Below are positions 60,438 through 64,000 of a stretch of 64,000 nt of DNA, piece after piece. Location: NCBI GenBank assembly GCA_963667465.2, contig CAXXDN010000001.1, forward strand, positions 96,001-160,000. The letters run 5' to 3'. Made by a program: the position numbers and the translations under genes. Every line of letters starts with the position of its first letter. Position 1 is the first letter of the stretch. Origin of the DNA: Dehalococcoidia bacterium. Its GTDB lineage: Bacteria; Chloroflexota; Dehalococcoidia; UBA2979. The notes under the pieces were generated by a model that had not been told where the DNA came from, searched no databases, and saw only the letters and a list, made by a program, of their open reading frames with translations.

Positions 60438-61199
60438 GTGCGTCCCGCCAGCCTGCCCGCGCCCGACCAGATCGAGGCGATCCTCTTCGACCTCGACGAC
60501 ACGCTCGTGGACGCGCGCGGCAGCTGGCGCGCCGGCTTCGCCGAGGCGATCGCCGAGCTGCACGCACGCAGCCCCGCCCTGCAGCGGCTCGGATTGCCGA
60601 CGACCATCTACGACGCCTGGTTCCGCCGCTACGGCGAGGACGCCCACCGCGCCGCCGGCTTCGGCGAGTGGCAGGCGCGCTTCACCATCGAGGCGTTCGA
60701 GCGGCTCGTCAGCGAGCACCTTGGGCCGGACGCCGAGCTGGTCGAGCGGTTGCACGCGAGCTACCTGGCGGCCACACCCGGGCAGCTCGCGATCTTCCCG
60801 GACGCCGAACCGCTGCTCGAACGCCTCCGAGCGCGCTACCCGCTCGGCCTGATCTCGAACGGGCCGGGCGAGCTGCAGCGCCCGAAGATCGAGAAGTTCT
60901 CGCTCGAACGCCACTTCGAGGTGGTCGTCGTCTCGGGCGAGCTCGGCGTGCGCAAGCCGGACCCGGCGATCTTCGCGACCGCCCTCGAGGCGCTGGGCGT
61001 CGCTCCGGCGCGCACCGTCTTCATCGGCGACAACCCCACCGACGACGTCGCGGGCGCATGCGCCGTCGGGCTCGCGGCGATCTGGGTGAACCGCGGCGAC
61101 TGGCCGGCCCCTGACCCCGGCAACCGGGACGCGCTGCCCCATGCCGAGGTCAGCGAGTTGCGTCAGATCCCGGAAGCGCTCGGCCTCGGGAGCGAGTAG
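60438..61199 (+). CDS. HAD-family hydrolase
   Basis: FDLDDTL, ISNG, KPDP, IGDN..DD; start uncertain. Confidence 0.88.
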   Translation: MRPASLPAPDQIEAILFDLDDTLVDARGSWRAGFAEAIAELHARSPALQRLGLPTTIYDAWFRRYGEDAHRAAGFGEWQARFTIEAFERLVSEHLGPDAELVERLHASYLAATPGQLAIFPDAEPLLERLRARYPLGLISNGPGELQRPKIEKFSLERHFEVVVVSGELGVRKPDPAIFATALEALGVAPARTVFIGDNPTDDVAGACAVGLAAIWVNRGDWPAPDPGNRDALPHAEVSELRQIPEALGLGSE

Positions 61200-61218
61200 A
61201 CCGCGTCGAGCCGGTGGC

Positions 61219-62169
61219 TCAGCCCGGCTTGCGCCCGACGGCGCGCTGCGCGGCGGCGGCGATCGCCTGCGGCGTCAGACCGACGATCTCCAGCACTTCG
61301 TGCCAGACGCCGGACTCGCCGTAGCGGTTGTCGATGCCGACAAACTCCATCGGCACGGGCGCGCGCGTGGCGAGCGCCTGCGCGCACATCGCGCCGAGGC
61401 CGGAGTGCAGCAGGTGCTCCTCGGCGACGACGATCGCCCCGGTGGCGGCGGCCGCGCGGGTCAGCGCGTCAACGTCGAGCGGGCGGATCGTCGCCATGTT
61501 GAGCACGCGCGCCTCGATGCCCCCGGCTGCCAGCACGTCGGCCGCCTCGAGGGTGCGTTCGACCATCAGCCCATAGGAGACGAGGGTGACGTCGCCGCCC
61601 TCGCGCAACTGGTCGGCGCGGCCCAGCTCGAAGCGCGCACCGTCCGTGTAGAGGACCGCGTGCTTCGGGCGACCGGTGCGGATGTAGAAGGGGCCGGGCG
61701 TGCGGATCGCCGCCTCGATCACCGCCTCCGCCTCGACCACGTCGGCCGGGACGACGACGTTGAAGTTGACGAGCGAGGACATCACCGCGATGTCCTCGAC
61801 GGACTGCGCCGAGGCGCCGTCCTCGCCGACGGAGACGCCGCCGTGGGAGGCGATCATCTTGACGCTGAGGTTCGGCTGCGAGACGGACATGCGCAGCTGG
61901 TCGTAGGCGTGCTCGGCGAATACGGCGAACGTCGTCGCGACGGCGATGCGGCCCATCGCCGCCATCCCCGCGGCGGCCGAGATCATGTTCTGCTCCGCCA
62001 CCCCGAAGCTGAAGAAGCGCTCCGGGAAGCGGTCCCCGAACAGCCGCGCCGAGGTCGATTTCCCGAGGTCGGCGTCGGCCACGACGATGTCGTGGCCTTC
62101 CTCGTGCAGCCGGATCAGCGTCGGGCCGGTCGCCTCGCGAGTCGCGGCGGGCGCTGGTGCGGTGGTCAT
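61219..62169 (-). CDS. Transketolase, C-terminal (pyrimidine-binding) subunit
   Basis: GVAEQNM, GEDGASAQSVED, EEHLLHSGLG. Confidence 0.92.
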   Translation of the reverse strand: MTTAPAPAATREATGPTLIRLHEEGHDIVVADADLGKSTSARLFGDRFPERFFSFGVAEQNMISAAAGMAAMGRIAVATTFAVFAEHAYDQLRMSVSQPNLSVKMIASHGGVSVGEDGASAQSVEDIAVMSSLVNFNVVVPADVVEAEAVIEAAIRTPGPFYIRTGRPKHAVLYTDGARFELGRADQLREGGDVTLVSYGLMVERTLEAADVLAAGGIEARVLNMATIRPLDVDALTRAAAATGAIVVAEEHLLHSGLGAMCAQALATRAPVPMEFVGIDNRYGESGVWHEVLEIVGLTPQAIAAAAQRAVGRKPG

Positions 62170-63044
62170 GGCTGCGCCTCCGGCGTCACGCCCAGCTCGG
62201 CGAGCGCCTGCTCGTACTGCTCCGGCGAGGGCGGCGCGCCGTGGAAGCCGGGGTTGTCCTCCATGAAGGAGACGCCGCGCCCCTTCACGGTGTCGAAGAT
62301 CACGCAGGCGGGCTGGCCACTCACCTCGGTGGCCCAGCGCAGCGCCTCCTCGACGGCGCCGGTGTTGTGCCCGTCCACGCCGCTGCGCACGGCCCAGCCG
62401 AAGGACTCGTACTTGCGGTCGAGCGGCTCGGTCACCATCGTCGAGGCGGTGTGGCCGTCGTTCTGGATGCCGTTCTTGTCGATCAGCGCGATCAGGCCCT
62501 CGGCGGCGTGATGCGAGGCCGCCATCGCGGCCTCCCAGACCTGGCCTTCGTTCTGCTCGCCGTCACCCATCAGCACCCAGACGCGCGTGCCGGAGCCGGC
62601 GAGTCGCGCCGAGAGCCGCATCCCGAGGCCGAACGAGAGCCCCATGCCCAGCGAGCCGGCGCTGTTCTCCACTCCCGGCGGCTTCCCGAGCACGGAGTGC
62701 CCCTGCAGCCGCGTGCCCTTCGTGCGGAAGGTGCTCAACTCCTCGACGGGGAAGTAGCCGAGCTCGGCGAGCAGCGCGTACTGCACGGGCGTGGCGTGGC
62801 CCTTGCTCATCACGAAGCGGTCGCGCTCCGGCCAGTCCGGCTGCTGCGGATCCTGGCGCATGATCCTCGTGTAGAGCACGGACATGATCTCGGCGGCGGA
62901 CATCGAGCCGCCGATGTGGCCGGAGCTGGCCTCGAAGACCATGCGCACAATGTGCTGGCGGACGCGCCGGATCAGCGCATCGAGATCAGCGTCGTCAGTG
63001 GCGAAACTGGTCCCATCGGGACCGCGCTCTGTGTCGGTGACCAT
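62166..63044 (-). CDS. Transketolase, N-terminal subunit
   Basis: SGHIGGS, DRFVMSKGH, LQGH, GDGE..EG..WE, VDGH, TVKG.GV. Confidence 0.93.
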   Translation of the reverse strand: MVTDTERGPDGTSFATDDADLDALIRRVRQHIVRMVFEASSGHIGGSMSAAEIMSVLYTRIMRQDPQQPDWPERDRFVMSKGHATPVQYALLAELGYFPVEELSTFRTKGTRLQGHSVLGKPPGVENSAGSLGMGLSFGLGMRLSARLAGSGTRVWVLMGDGEQNEGQVWEAAMAASHHAAEGLIALIDKNGIQNDGHTASTMVTEPLDRKYESFGWAVRSGVDGHNTGAVEEALRWATEVSGQPACVIFDTVKGRGVSFMEDNPGFHGAPPSPEQYEQALAELGVTPEAQP

Positions 63045-63188
63045 CGCGCCCCTGCGTATCGGGGAGACCCTGCGTTTGCAGGCTGTGGCGCGAGTATACG
63101 CACGCGCAATCCGCAGGCGCTACGCTGCCGCGGGCGTGATCCTCACGCGACCTTCGAGGGTGCTACGAGGCGCAGCCGGAGTAGCCGC

Positions 63189-64000
63189 TCAGGGGCGATC
63201 GAACTCCGGGATGACCTCGCCGACGAGCCGGATGCTCTTCATGATCTTGTCGTGCGTGAGCGGGCCCACCTGGTGCAGCGTCATGAGCCGGTCGATGCCG
63301 ACCTCCTCGTAGAACTTGAAGCCCTCCCGGATCTTGTCCTGGTCGCCAACGATGAGCGACTCCTGGCGGCTGAGGACCTCGAACATCTCGGCCTCGCCCA
63401 CCGCTTCGCCCTCCATGATCCGCCCGATCATGATTGCGGCCTCGCTGGGATCGCTGTGCTCGCGGGCGTACTGGCCGACGAGTCCGCCTCCGGCGGGGTC
63501 GCTCGCGGCGGCCTCCATCTCGCGCGCAACCTCGATGAAGCTCTCGCGCACCTCGAAGAAGGAGAACGCCTCGTTGGTGTACCAGGCGGCGGCGCCCGCG
63601 GCGCCGTTCGCCAGGGCTTCCTCCCTGCTGTCGGCGCCGTGCACGAAGGTGAAGAAGGCGATCTGGTTGTTCTGGAACTCGCCGACCGGGTTCTCACACT
63701 CCTCCGAGGCCTTCCGGTAGATGTCGACCATCCCCTGCACTTCCTCGTGCGAGGCCCAGAGCGTGACGCCGAGCGCCCCGACGCCGTTGCGGCCCGCCTG
63801 CTCGAAGGAGGGGATGCTGCTGCAGGCCTGCCAGAGCGGCGGGTGCGGCTTCTGGTACGGCTTCGGGATGATCGAGACATCGTTGATCTCGTACTGGTCG
63901 CTCTTCCAGGAGAACGTGTCCTGCGTCCACATCTTCGGAACCATCTCGAACGTCTGCTGGAGTTGGTCGCGCGTCGAGTCTGCTTCGATGTTGAACGTGC
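63189..64000 (-). CDS. Luciferase-like (LLM) flavin-dependent oxidoreductase (3' part; runs off window)
   Basis: PKPYQKPHPPLW, AGRNGVG, SIRLVGEVIPEF. Confidence 0.88.
   Translation of the reverse strand, partial: TFNIEADSTRDQLQQTFEMVPKMWTQDTFSWKSDQYEINDVSIIPKPYQKPHPPLWQACSSIPSFEQAGRNGVGALGVTLWASHEEVQGMVDIYRKASEECENPVGEFQNNQIAFFTFVHGADSREEALANGAAGAAAWYTNEAFSFFEVRESFIEVAREMEAAASDPAGGGLVGQYAREHSDPSEAAIMIGRIMEGEAVGEAEMFEVLSRQESLIVGDQDKIREGFKFYEEVGIDRLMTLHQVGPLTHDKIMKSIRLVGEVIPEFDRP

Overview
High-GC bacterial chromosomal segment. Gene content and protein style suggest a Chloroflexota/Dehalococcoidia-like organism (inference only). It is mostly housekeeping and metabolic: a minus-strand arginine cluster (argJ-argB-UPF0182-argD-VOC-argG-PaREP1-argH-rpe), nth, a selenocysteine-containing SelD (in-frame TGA plus SECIS-like hairpin), an lprG/P55-like lipoprotein-MFS pair, CIRCE-controlled groEL, orphan nuoB, iscS, sufR-like regulator, erpA, yitJ, glcDEF, a double-domain CoA transferase, vapBC, LLM oxidoreductases, rimO, murJ, rpsT, a T-box-controlled type-2 ileS, proBA and split transketolase. 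Accessory DNA includes a ~6 kb defence/TA island (DUF2283/DUF4258, an MmeI-like R-M enzyme with a compositionally foreign specificity region, a HEPN-like gene) and a low-GC DUF3800 cassette preceded by a candidate structured RNA and terminator. A BoxC-like palindromic repeat is scattered through the window, including one in-frame copy. The best candidates for new biology are the DUF3800 + ncRNA cassette, the AdkA-like/NDT-like fusion coupled to ileS, and the lprG-P55-like pair. All family assignments come from motif recognition by eye, not database searches.
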